Source of the DNA: Minutocellus sp. GHC0000111
Lineage: Eukaryota
NCBI GenBank assembly: GCA_977018835.1
Contig: OZ361261.1
Location: forward strand, 186,001 to 250,000
Length of the DNA stretch: 64,000 bases
Direction: 5' to 3'
The notes under the pieces are model-generated. The model made no database searches. It was not told the DNA's origin and saw only the letters and a program-made list of their open reading frames with translations. The stretch's first letter is position 1, and the number at the start of each line of letters is the position of its first letter. Shown here piece by piece: positions 46,647 through 57,379 of the stretch. Made by a program: the position numbers and the translations under genes.

Positions 46647-48971
46647 TCAAAGCCTTGCCACAAGTCTCATCAGAGCCTTCTTCGCCTCGTCACGCTCAGG
46701 GCCACTTGGTCCCACAGCATTCGTGCAATAGTGGGTGAAACTTGAAAGAAGGTCGGGATAATCCACTACAGACTGAGCTGAATCGTCGTGGGATAATTCG
46801 ACAAGAATCGCAGCCGCTTCCTTTTGCAAATCTACCACCTCGATAGCCCCAATCGCTCCGCATCCGTAATCTTTTTCAGATCGCTTGAGGATGAGAGAAA
46901 GGCAATGTAGGAGACCAAAAGAGATCTCATCGCCACCAGCGTCGCGTCCAATACGGCCCTCTTCGCGTAGCATGATTGGTCGATTAGTTTCCACTGTCGA
47001 AAGTACTCGAATCAACTTCAGCGACGATAGCCTCAACTTGTGGGTTTCATCTGAATCAGATTCGTTCAAACGAACAATCCCAAGAAGAGAAGGAAAGAGG
47101 TCTGATTGCTTGTTCAGATCAATCATCACCGAAGCTGACCATAGACAACGACACGCAATTTCTGAACGCTTTGCATTCTTTGCGGTGCTTGCGATAACAC
47201 AGATAAAAGAGTTGTTCAACATCTCGATGGTCTCGACTTCGTTCAGCGTCATATTGGTAGTGAGCATTTCGTACAATGTAGCCACCGACTCGGCAGCATG
47301 AATTTGGACATTTTCATCGTCGTCATTCTTCATGATATTCGAAAGCTCTCCCAGAACATCAATTCCTCGTTGGGATGCAATTCCAAGCATTGCCGACACG
47401 CAATTGTTGCCATCGTCAGCGTTGGTCCCACTGCTTGTGGCTCCCACTAAGCAACGAATGGTCCGGACGGCCCTCCTCCTGCAAACCAAGCTCGAGCTTG
47501 CGGGGGCATGAGTAGCAATTGAAAGCAACCGCTCTACGAAAATACCCTCATCATGGACCAAGACAATCCTCTCATCATCCATGCCCTCAGCAGCACCATC
47601 TTGCATTCCTCTACAGAGATTCCCCAGGCAGCTCAGAGCTGCTTTTTGTAGCTCAAAATGATCATCACCATCGTCCCCAGCATAGTTAGCCCTATGCTGG
47701 CTGCCACTATCGAAATATAATACACTTGACAGGAAAGAGAGGATTGGGCTGTTGTTGTTGCTGATGCTGTTGCTACTGCTGTTGTTGCTGCTGCACCCCT
47801 CCTTCCCCAACGATAACAATGCAGCTCGAACTGAGCGGTGAGAGGCGCAATTCCACAGCACTGTGGCAAGGTATTCATCGTTTCGACGGCGATGACTGGT
47901 AGCCCGCCCGGTGCCCTTGTTCGCAAGGATACCAATCTCAAGAGCAGCCTCCAGCACACCGGGCCTATCTACAACCAATAGACGAGCCTCGCTTTCAGAA
48001 CAACGATGAGTTACATCTTTGAGCAAGCCCAACGCATCCTTCTCGATTTTGATCCTCACACTTCGATCAACAATTTTCTTCTTACGAGCGCAAAGTTGCA
48101 ATAGACCAGCAAGGCCAGGTAGGAGCCGTTCAGCGATGGTTGGTTTCAACAGCTGAGGGCGGATATCAGCCACCTTGGAGTACGATCTCAGCACACCGAG
48201 CGAACCAACAATGACCTCGGAAGCATTCTTGGCGATGCTGGGACTGGTATTTGCGCCTAGCACTTCACGACCTCTGCTCGTCACGTGGAATAGAAGCGGG
48301 AGCAGTTGGTCCTGGGCAGCAGAATTGAAAGTTGCCAGTCGATACGAATGGGAACACCTGCAAACCTTGGATAGCGTCGATACAATTTGCGCAAGTTCTG
48401 ACCATGCCTCGTCTTGCCTGGAAGGAGTGCCCTGCTCCCCTTCAACTTCACCAGATACAGATGATGAAGCAGCCAAGAGGCCCACCGAAAAGCCCAACCT
48501 GAAAACCAGCGCATCAAACGCTCCCGCTCGTACCTCGTCATCGTGGGCGACGACATCGTCGTGGTGAAACATCCGATGCGCCGCGGCAATGCTCTTGGAA
48601 CGCGATTCTTTTGATAATGCCGATGGAATAGCCAATTTATTGGATGCATGGAAGAGGGGATCGGTACCAGCGGCGGCATTGGTGGACGAGGATGAAGCAC
48701 GGAGCAGCCCGTCGATCGTCCCTGCAAGGTCAAGCGCACAGTCAGCCGCACCATTCCCCATGGCCTCGTCATTCTCATTGGTCATTGGTCGTTGATGCGG
48801 AATCGCATTGGCGTGTTCGTGGTTGCTTGGGATATTCTCGTCGTTGATACCACCGCCACCAGTCGCACACGCGGCACTGGCACAACCCACAGCAGGAGAC
48901 CTCGGCCGAGACCTCCTCCTGCTGCTGCGGCTACTATTACCAGACGCTGGGCAGTTGCCAGTTGCCATCAT
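46647..48971 (-). CDS. Armadillo/HEAT-type alpha-solenoid protein
   Basis: Long Leu-rich helical ORF with motifs such as ATVLWN, AALSCLGNLC and AAAILVELS. Confidence 0.65.
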   Translation of the reverse strand: MMATGNCPASGNSSRSSRRRSRPRSPAVGCASAACATGGGGINDENIPSNHEHANAIPHQRPMTNENDEAMGNGAADCALDLAGTIDGLLRASSSSTNAAAGTDPLFHASNKLAIPSALSKESRSKSIAAAHRMFHHDDVVAHDDEVRAGAFDALVFRLGFSVGLLAASSSVSGEVEGEQGTPSRQDEAWSELAQIVSTLSKVCRCSHSYRLATFNSAAQDQLLPLLFHVTSRGREVLGANTSPSIAKNASEVIVGSLGVLRSYSKVADIRPQLLKPTIAERLLPGLAGLLQLCARKKKIVDRSVRIKIEKDALGLLKDVTHRCSESEARLLVVDRPGVLEAALEIGILANKGTGRATSHRRRNDEYLATVLWNCASHRSVRAALLSLGKEGCSSNNSSSNSISNNNSPILSFLSSVLYFDSGSQHRANYAGDDGDDHFELQKAALSCLGNLCRGMQDGAAEGMDDERIVLVHDEGIFVERLLSIATHAPASSSLVCRRRAVRTIRCLVGATSSGTNADDGNNCVSAMLGIASQRGIDVLGELSNIMKNDDDENVQIHAAESVATLYEMLTTNMTLNEVETIEMLNNSFICVIASTAKNAKRSEIACRCLWSASVMIDLNKQSDLFPSLLGIVRLNESDSDETHKLRLSSLKLIRVLSTVETNRPIMLREEGRIGRDAGGDEISFGLLHCLSLILKRSEKDYGCGAIGAIEVVDLQKEAAAILVELSHDDSAQSVVDYPDLLSSFTHYCTNAVGPSGPERDEAKKALMRLVARL

Positions 48972-49362
48972 GGAGTTGGGCAAGATATGAAACATCGCCA
49001 TGCAAACCGTCACATGACATGCTCGTTGCATTTCGTCACGTATTAGTAATTTCTGGTGCGTCACTCTGTCGATCACAGCTCTGGCCCGAAAAAAATGCAT
49101 GGCCTGCGCTGCACTGAGGCCTTCTTCGACACGCGGAAGCTACGGTACTTTTACGAGTTCCTAATAATACGGCAGTCAGCAGGAATTCCAACATAGCTAT
49201 GCGATCGCACAGGCAGTAGGATCCTAAGCGTTTCCTACATTATCATGTTAATGTTATATCATTGCATGTGCGGTACATGTACCATACCAGGCAGTATTGC
49301 CTGCCTGACAAAAACTTGCTCTCCTGCTAAAAATCTCTCCTGGTACTTCGAGTCTAGCCAGA

Positions 49363-50420
49363 TCACTTGGTAACAACAGTACCACCCTCTCCAGTGCCCA
49401 TGCTGTCTTCGCCTCCAGCCAAAACCTCCCTCAAAAGTGCGTGAGGAACGCGACCGTCAGTAATGAAGGCTGCCTGCACACCAAGCTGAACGGCATCGGT
49501 GGCATATGTTACCTTGGGAATCATTCCACCAGTGATGGTTTCATCATCAATGAGGTTCTTGATATCCTGAGTGCTCAGCTCCTTCAGCAGTTCCATCTTC
49601 TTATCGAGGACGCCGGCAATATCGGTAAGGAAGATTACTCGGGCGGCACGCATCTCACCAGCAATTCTTCCAGCAGCAACGTCAGCGTTGCAATTGTAGG
49701 CAATGTCTTTCTCATCATCGATCCCGGTGCCGATGGGGGAGATCACAGGGACGATTCCCATATCCAAAAGATCTTCGATTACCTCGACATTGACGTCCTT
49801 GACTTCACCAACATATCCAAGATCATACCCCGACTTGTCGACCATTTTGGTGCACTGAAGGATGTTGGCATCCCGGCCAGACATGCCGATCGCCATTCCT
49901 CCAGCACTGCAAATGCCGGACGCAATCTTCTTGTTCACGCCACCACAGAGCACCATCTCCGCAACCTCCACTACCTCCGTCGACGAGACGCGCATACCAC
50001 CCTCGAAGCGGGATTCCACGCCCACCTTCTCGAGCATGTTCTTGATCTGAGGACCACCGCCGTGGACCACTACCACCCGCACGCCCAACTTCTGGAGGGC
50101 CGCAACATCCTCACAGAACTTCGAGGCAAGATCATCCGACGTCATGGCGTTGCCGCCGTACTTGACCACGATGGTCTGATCGGCCAGAGAGTTGACAGCG
50201 CCTGCAACCTTGAGGGCGTCGAGGGCAAAGTCGTCCACCTCCGTGCTGGCCTCGGTGGAAATGTCGTCTCCGGCCGCAAACAATAATTGTTGCTGACGAC
50301 CACCAGCCGAGGAGATGGGTGATACTACGGAACCACTGAAAGGCACAAAGCCGCTGGTCAGAGGAGCAGCGGCAAGTGCCGCGACGACGATGGTAAGAGG
50401 GATGGCGGAAAATCGCTTTG
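49363..50420 (-). CDS. argB: Acetylglutamate kinase, plastid-type leader; no in-frame ATG found
   Basis: VVKYGGNAM, VVVHGGGPQI, GMRVS, NCNAD, LTDIAGV, ITGGMIPKV; the upstream frame encodes a hydrophobic signal LTIVVAALAAAPLTSGFV. The 5' coordinate is approximate. Confidence 0.92.
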
Positions 50421-50731
50421 CCGTGGGTGAGCTTTGTTGGATACTGGCAAGAGCTGTTCTGTTGGAAGATATTATGATATTATGATGCGGCGCGGATCGC
50501 CGATGCTGAAAATCTGAAAATGGGCCCGATCTTCAGCATCAAGGGCTCATAACCCAGACGTTGCCGCCGCACCATGGGCATGCAATGTGATTTCTACATG
50601 TACATGTTCGAATGTATCGGATTATTGTACATGTACATGTATCTGTACTGGCTTAGATCTAGAATAAATCTAGGAAATCCTAGACGTCCATCACTAGGCT
50701 ACATGGATATCACAACAACCCCTCCACAACA

Positions 50732-53185
50732 TCAAATAAGTTGAGAATTGTACCCACCATCCTCAATGAGTTGTCTGAGCATTGCTTCCGCCCTCTCCCC
50801 ACACAAAATCTTTGCAGCTCGAGCCGTATAATGGCCGAGGCAAGCCACCGAAGAAGCTGCCTCGATCTGTGCTTTGCAATCGCCATCCCGATCAATACGC
50901 CCCATAAGTTCAACATCCTTCTGTGCTCGGCAAATGCACCCTAATAGCTCCGACAGTATCTTCCCTGTATGCCTCGGGACGATGGGATGGCCGCCGACCA
51001 TGAGTTCTTCGAGACAGGCAAGAGCAGTTAGCTGAAGCTGACGGCTTGTGACTCTCATTCGCGGCATATCCCAACCGATGGTTGGCAACAGAACAGCCAG
51101 CCCAGGACGAACTAGTTCCACGGATGCCGCGATTTCGTCAGGTAAATCAGCTAGCTCGGACAGGATAGGGTGTGCACCGCCCAAAAGAGCGCTCAATGCA
51201 TATGCTTGTTGTGCACTGACATTGTGCATATCGTCTTCCCCTCTAATTCCACTGCGATAGCTTGCCTTATGCACCGCCTCGAACATTACAATGCCAATCT
51301 TTCTTAGCCTTTCAGCCTTTTCCGTAACAGTCAGGGTCTCAAGCAATCTCTGGTGCATTAGTTCTAATTCAAACCTCGCGCGACATAGGATCGACAGCGC
51401 TACGGAGTCAGAGCAAGATGTTTTGAGGGAAATTCCAACGACATTACTGGCCGTGTCAACGAAACCGCTATTCCAATCGTTGTGTTGGAATCTATTCAGC
51501 ATTGTCAGCAATGTAGCTCCACCAACAGCTTGCTCAGTAGCATCGATCGAGTCCACTAGACAATATACGGCAGGACGAAAATTCTCGAGAACAGTATTTG
51601 GCGCATTCTTTGCTTTCGACGATGCAGAACGAGACCCATCACCATCAGTAAGAGAAATGCAGAGACGAAGCATCGAGCTTAGTCTTGATGGGATCATTAT
51701 GTGAGCTCGACTTTCAGGTAGCAGAGTCGTCTTATTTCGCCCAGATGCCGAAGGTTTGGACGAAAGTTTGGGCCACGGAAGTTGATTGCTGGCCTTGTTT
51801 CTAGCAATGATCGACTCGGTGACGGTGTCATTGGAAACAGCGATTTGACTCTCAACCGAAGAGACTGCCTCCAAACTGGCAAGCGTTGACGACGATACGA
51901 AGGATCGACAAAAGAAGTGACGTCTCGCAGCATCTGACACTACTTGGCTCCCTAGTGCGCACACAATTCTTTCCAACGCCGAATGGTTTGGTAAATCATT
52001 CGTCCTCTCCTCGTTATCGCATAGTTGTACGATCAAAAGAATTGCATGTAACAATTCCTTGGCAGATTTTCCAACATGCGACAATCCATTCTCATCGATG
52101 TGATCTCCCCCCCTTACCCATGGTTCTGGAACAGCACGGGATGACAAATCAACAATGCATTCACTCAATAGAGAATCGTCTTCAACAAGGACATCCCCAA
52201 AACAGTCCTTGAATTGAGACACCCGCGCAGTTTCCTCTTTCTCATCATATGAAGGTTCGGACAATGTATGCTCAAGTGCCCGTGATAGCGTTAGCTTGGA
52301 TGATAAGGAAGGGTGGAGGGAGAGGGCATCAATTCTTTCCTCATCGAAATCACCATCATTTCCCGCAGAAAACGAAGCAGCGGCAATCGTTGCCGCCATT
52401 ACTGCATCCTGAAGGACTTCTGCTCCCCGCAAAAAGTTCCCACCGCTTGGACTGATACGGCGATGCAACAATTCGAAACCAAGGCGCATGATTTTCAGAA
52501 GACAAGGCATCGTCTCCTCCCGTATCCGCTTCGCTCCCAATATTGACGATGGTGTGAAATTTTTCTCATCGGTCGGGATGATAGATGGTGCTGCTGTCAA
52601 AGAAATGACATCCACGGCAAGAGCAACAATGGCGAGACAGATGGCGTCGGCATTACTATCGAGATCCGTGGCAGTTTGGGAAGGCAGTGGTGAAGTACAT
52701 GTATGATCGGCATCGTCATCAAATTGGCCATGTTTTGTCCAAACATCCCTAATCAGCTCAAAGTAATGTCTCGAGATCAAATGACCATATTCACCAACAA
52801 TGATCTTTTCGTGAGAGGTACCAGTGCCGCCGTCTGCTTCAGCTTCTCCATCGCCATTCGATTGAAAGGTCCCAGTACCACGTGTAGTAGTTCGCCGAAT
52901 CACAATCTTTTGCCGTACCATCCGCGGGTAGAGACCTAATACGATGGAAGCTGCATCGGCTGATCCACCATTCGCATCGATTGAGTGCAACGCCTCCGTC
53001 CAATGGTTGACCACCCTGGAGTTGGAATGTTGTACGAGGTGTCCCTCATTCTCCGTTCGTGCCGTCTCTGGGTACGCATCGCGCTCTGCCAAATCAAGAT
53101 GGACAGACTGGCTGTAATGGGAGATGATGGACTCTACCGCATCGTTTGCCGCAGCCGACAATGGATCAACCACCTCGGTGATCAT
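50732..53185 (-). CDS. Uncharacterised HEAT-like protein (possibly TTI2-related)
   Basis: 817-aa helical ORF; weak resemblance only (PAVYCLVDS, PIVPRH..IL). Confidence 0.55.
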   Translation of the reverse strand: MITEVVDPLSAAANDAVESIISHYSQSVHLDLAERDAYPETARTENEGHLVQHSNSRVVNHWTEALHSIDANGGSADAASIVLGLYPRMVRQKIVIRRTTTRGTGTFQSNGDGEAEADGGTGTSHEKIIVGEYGHLISRHYFELIRDVWTKHGQFDDDADHTCTSPLPSQTATDLDSNADAICLAIVALAVDVISLTAAPSIIPTDEKNFTPSSILGAKRIREETMPCLLKIMRLGFELLHRRISPSGGNFLRGAEVLQDAVMAATIAAASFSAGNDGDFDEERIDALSLHPSLSSKLTLSRALEHTLSEPSYDEKEETARVSQFKDCFGDVLVEDDSLLSECIVDLSSRAVPEPWVRGGDHIDENGLSHVGKSAKELLHAILLIVQLCDNEERTNDLPNHSALERIVCALGSQVVSDAARRHFFCRSFVSSSTLASLEAVSSVESQIAVSNDTVTESIIARNKASNQLPWPKLSSKPSASGRNKTTLLPESRAHIMIPSRLSSMLRLCISLTDGDGSRSASSKAKNAPNTVLENFRPAVYCLVDSIDATEQAVGGATLLTMLNRFQHNDWNSGFVDTASNVVGISLKTSCSDSVALSILCRARFELELMHQRLLETLTVTEKAERLRKIGIVMFEAVHKASYRSGIRGEDDMHNVSAQQAYALSALLGGAHPILSELADLPDEIAASVELVRPGLAVLLPTIGWDMPRMRVTSRQLQLTALACLEELMVGGHPIVPRHTGKILSELLGCICRAQKDVELMGRIDRDGDCKAQIEAASSVACLGHYTARAAKILCGERAEAMLRQLIEDGGYNSQLI

Positions 53186-53473
53186 CGCTGCAGCAGGGAG
53201 CAGTCAGACGGCAGTCCTTGTGGCGGTTGGCGGTGGCGGGGCGGGTGGTAAGTGCTTGCGGCCGGTAGGTTGGCGTTGACTTCTCCGGGTTTCTTTACCG
53301 CGCGGTCGGTCGGTCGGTCGGTGGAAGCTCCAGCGCGGCCTCAACTTCCCTCCCATTCTCGACCATCACGACCCTCTAGAGCTAGTTAGATCTAGCTAGA
53401 TACAGTGGTCAGATAGAAGAAAAATTGTGAATAATGTACACTTTATAAGCATGCCTGCATTAAGAGCATGTAT

Positions 53474-56400
53474 CTAAATCGGCTGCACAATCAACCGAAT
53501 CTTCTCATCTGCTTTCACTCGATCAACATAGAGCTTCTTCACACCATACACCCCGGCCTTTCCGTGAGTTTTACTGTAATGGACCAGCGTTGGAGGTCGA
53601 TCGTCATAATCGGGCATGTCAGTAGCGGCGACCATGAGATTCTTCTCTACCCATGTGAATCTGTGTGCGCCCATGTCTTCTTTGTTCTGTTGCAATATGA
53701 TCGTACGGCCAGGAATCAACAGCCTTTGATCGTCAGGGCTAACGACGATTCCTCGCTTCTTATCCATCCCGGTCAATTTTGCAACATCGCCATCGCCTGC
53801 ACCACCGCTCTGTTCCAACCGCTCAATGCTCCAAATATCGATGTCACCAGGCTCGAACGGTTCCTGCATGTGCTTTCCAAGAGCTGCATTGATTCCTCCG
53901 CCGAGGATGCACGGTCCACAGGTAAAAAGCGTGTCGACCGAGTGAGAGATCTGAAAAATTGGTCGAGGGCAGAGCATGTCGTCATAATCCACCGAAGTAA
54001 AGCGATTGCGTATGTTGTTGACAACAAGCTCGATCGTCTTGGCCAAGAAGGGATGTCCAGGGGCGACAGCCATCAGGCCATTCCACAGGCAGCTTCTTCG
54101 ACCAATCTTGGTGCCGGGAGAATCCATGGGGACCATGAAACCAACGTCTCCAGAGACAACGGCATCCAAATTACTTTCAAGAAGGACGTCCATGTCCGCA
54201 TACACACCGCCTTGGATAAGCAATACACAGTAACGAAATAAATCGGCCTTGAAGGCTCCTGGCAACACGGAATCATATGCTTCTCTCACTTCCGGTGGAA
54301 AGTGAGTGGAAAGAAAAGCTGCCGCCTTCTCATCAGACCAGAAATTGTAAGTCCAGCCACTACGTTCCCAGGATGCGATTAGACGAGACATATTGGGATA
54401 CTTCTCTTTCGTCACGGGCTCGAACCAAGTCTGATGAACAATTCTAGGGACGAGGCGATCACCATCTTTTCGGACGGCCGGAGGATAGATCTTGTATTCC
54501 TTGACGACTTGCTTTTCCGGCGGTCGGATTTTGCATAAAATTTTGCAGTAACAACCACATTCCTTGGCACAAGCCTTGCAGTCATGACCCTTTCCATCTC
54601 TCACTCGCTTAAGGCATGAATGGCAGGCCTTCGACGTGGGGAGACAATCATTCTCAAGTAAAATGTCGAAGAAATTCGGCGTGGCGATGGGGGTAAAGCC
54701 ATTTTGCAGATGAACCTCACGAACTGTCGACATATAGGCAGCTTCATGTGGGCTCACGGTATAGGTGACGTTGTCAACTGTCGCTACTTCTCCAAGATCT
54801 GTGAGATATGGCAGGGGATAGGCCTTGTCATTTTTGGTATTGGTGCTCGGATTTTCAGCATCCAAGGCTTTTCCACTCGATGGTACCATCCGTTCCATTG
54901 CGCGACCGGACACAGGATGTCGAACCAGCAAAAGAGGAAGGGGGTCCTCGCCATTCTGCTCAGTGTTTGGATTATATACTTCGCAACACATACCCCCCGA
55001 GGGATGAACACAATGCCTACTGACTCGACGAGAGTTGGCATCTGGCGTGACACTGGTATGGACCAAGCTGCTTTCTGAATCAGCTTGCCCATGAAGGCCA
55101 TCATGGCGCTTTGGATAGAGGCGAGACGTTCCGTATCGCTCACCAGAAATGGCTCTATCAGTTCCAGGTCCCAATTGTTCCGCTATTGAACCCTGGATAG
55201 GGTCGACCTCGCCACTCTCGGCATTAGCAGATAGCTTAACACCCGACCACAGTGATTGGACGGTTACGGTGGGATCCGCAAGTTTTGTACAGCGAGACTG
55301 AAGCATTGTCCATGGCTCTGAGTGTCCTCCATTATCGCCATCTTCCATAGCATCAATCAATCTCTTCATTTCTCGTGGCAATAAAAGAGGTGCCGATTCC
55401 AGAACCTCATTTGAGGTCTCCACAATCATTTTTATCACCCCAAGAGGGACTGATGACAGGGGTTCTGACACAATTAGAAGGGATGGATGGACCATGAGAG
55501 GAGGTGCACCCCCACGTTTCGATATTTCCATGTCCTTACTGCTCTCGTCACCCTCGGCAGCGACACCGGGATCAATCTTTATAGCAAAGTTACTGGCGGG
55601 ATTGTCGTTGAGGAAAGCGTCCCGAAAAGTTTGGATCATCACTATATCATTGGTATCTACGTAGGCCGATCCGTGGCCAAGGTAGAGCATACAGGCCTTC
55701 CACAGCTCCAATTGAAGTGACGGATGTGCGACGAGAGCGTCGTATCTTCGGAGGACAGGATTCTCACCACCTACGGTGGCATCTCCATCGTAGCACAAAT
55801 GTCCATATTTAGACAAGAATGATTTCCGGGCCAGAGGATCATAAGAGCGGAATGCAAATTGTGGTGTGCCTTCACCATTGGCACTCATGTTATCATCGTC
55901 ATCCTTCATCTTTCCGTCACCATTAGCATTGCCCTTTTGATCATCCAGCATAGCTGCAAGCAGTCGGATTGATGTGGCGGCTTCGCCTGTGTCCCCACCA
56001 ATCGCATCAATGGCATGGAAAATTCTCACAGCAATCCCACTTCCACGTGTCGGAATGGCTGCCTTTCTCAGTTTTTGTAGGCGTTCTGGACTCATGCGCA
56101 GCGACGACGACGCTGGTGCTGTCCCGGAAACAATAATGCTGGATGCATATGCTCCCCCGGCATCAGCATCAGCGCCGTCATCGCCAGGCCTGGTCAGTGC
56201 ACCAGCATTTGTCTCTTGTTCACTCAAGGTCAAGCTTTGAATCTGCCCAGAGCTCGGTCGAATATCATTTTCAACCTCCCCATTCGCATTCCTGCTCCCA
56301 CCACTGCCCACCCAAACGAAAAAAATGACGCCGGCACATCCAACGGACACCAGCGTTGACCACCACGACGACCTATCGCCACCCACACCTCGTCCTCGCC

Positions 56401-56728
56401 GATTCCCTCCAGTACCGACCGAAGATACCGACGTGGGGTGGTAGTGCTGTCGCTGTGGCACCGACGGTGCAGCAATGTGGTTGCCACCGTAGTGTTGTGT
56501 CGAACCCGGTGGGTAGCCACCACTCGAACCGACATGACCAGCCTGTTGTTGCTGCGAAGGATAACTGCCATTCATAACGCCGCCGCTGCTAGCGCCCGCC
56601 GATGTGTCATTTCCCGTGGCCTGCCAACCACGACGTTCAAAGCCGTGCAGTCCATGAGTGCGCTCGGCCTTTACAGTTTTGGAGCTTTGCCGCTGGGCCT
56701 GCCGATGCTGGGGCAGTCGGGTCGTCAT
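53474..56728 (-). CDS. Type II membrane GT32 (OCH1-like, DXD) glycosyltransferase
   Basis: N-terminal TM helix; VPRIVHQTW, PGAFKADLFRYCVLLIQGGVYADMD, TCGPCILG. Confidence 0.9.
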   Translation of the reverse strand: MTTRLPQHRQAQRQSSKTVKAERTHGLHGFERRGWQATGNDTSAGASSGGVMNGSYPSQQQQAGHVGSSGGYPPGSTQHYGGNHIAAPSVPQRQHYHPTSVSSVGTGGNRRGRGVGGDRSSWWSTLVSVGCAGVIFFVWVGSGGSRNANGEVENDIRPSSGQIQSLTLSEQETNAGALTRPGDDGADADAGGAYASSIIVSGTAPASSSLRMSPERLQKLRKAAIPTRGSGIAVRIFHAIDAIGGDTGEAATSIRLLAAMLDDQKGNANGDGKMKDDDDNMSANGEGTPQFAFRSYDPLARKSFLSKYGHLCYDGDATVGGENPVLRRYDALVAHPSLQLELWKACMLYLGHGSAYVDTNDIVMIQTFRDAFLNDNPASNFAIKIDPGVAAEGDESSKDMEISKRGGAPPLMVHPSLLIVSEPLSSVPLGVIKMIVETSNEVLESAPLLLPREMKRLIDAMEDGDNGGHSEPWTMLQSRCTKLADPTVTVQSLWSGVKLSANAESGEVDPIQGSIAEQLGPGTDRAISGERYGTSRLYPKRHDGLHGQADSESSLVHTSVTPDANSRRVSRHCVHPSGGMCCEVYNPNTEQNGEDPLPLLLVRHPVSGRAMERMVPSSGKALDAENPSTNTKNDKAYPLPYLTDLGEVATVDNVTYTVSPHEAAYMSTVREVHLQNGFTPIATPNFFDILLENDCLPTSKACHSCLKRVRDGKGHDCKACAKECGCYCKILCKIRPPEKQVVKEYKIYPPAVRKDGDRLVPRIVHQTWFEPVTKEKYPNMSRLIASWERSGWTYNFWSDEKAAAFLSTHFPPEVREAYDSVLPGAFKADLFRYCVLLIQGGVYADMDVLLESNLDAVVSGDVGFMVPMDSPGTKIGRRSCLWNGLMAVAPGHPFLAKTIELVVNNIRNRFTSVDYDDMLCPRPIFQISHSVDTLFTCGPCILGGGINAALGKHMQEPFEPGDIDIWSIERLEQSGGAGDGDVAKLTGMDKKRGIVVSPDDQRLLIPGRTIILQQNKEDMGAHRFTWVEKNLMVAATDMPDYDDRPPTLVHYSKTHGKAGVYGVKKLYVDRVKADEKIRLIVQPI

Positions 56729-57379
56729 GGCGATTTACCTGATTTTGATGCTGTAGTATCGCAAATATTCAATACCAACCAAGCAAGCTCTGTTCATTGC
56801 CAGCATCAATTGTTTGCGCACTCCTCTTCCCTTATTATTACGAGGCTCGTGACCAACCAGTTGCTCGCAGCCAAGACCCGAAAAATGATGAGCAGGCATC
56901 GCACCGAGGAGGGCACGAAACAAGACGAGTAAAAATGTCGGGAAGGCTGCCCAAGCAAGGAAAGCAACACAGCCAAATATCTTCACCAGTGAAGCCACTC
57001 CACTCTACTGCCCGATTATCGTGTCGACTCGACTCGTCGTCAACTCCTTATGGTAGAGGTGCACTCAGCGTATCTCGCAATGCGGTGCCGCTTGGGCCGG
57101 GGGGGGGGGCAATGGGAGCTTGTTTTAGGAGACCCCCTCCATGCCAAGCGAAGCCAAAGTCAAACCAGAACCGGAATTTCTTTGGCGCCATCTCGCATCG
57201 CCACTGTCGACTCGTCCATAATATGCAGAGAAGATTAGGAATACCAAACAACATTCAACGTATGGTCGCTCGCTCATATGTGCACAAAACTGGCAAGCTT
57301 TGTTCACCACCAAAAGACCCCGAAGTCTGCTACAATCGCAAGGATCATCCAAACGCCAAAAACCGAGCGCGAAAGATCC

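Noticed and set aside
49441..50286. Long antisense or overlapping ORFs (here and e.g. 5073-5795, 26112-26786, 60840-61856)
   Set aside because: Shadows of real genes on the opposite strand; no independent motifs.
53303..53322. (CGGT)5 microsatellite
   Set aside because: Short simple repeat with no evidence of function.
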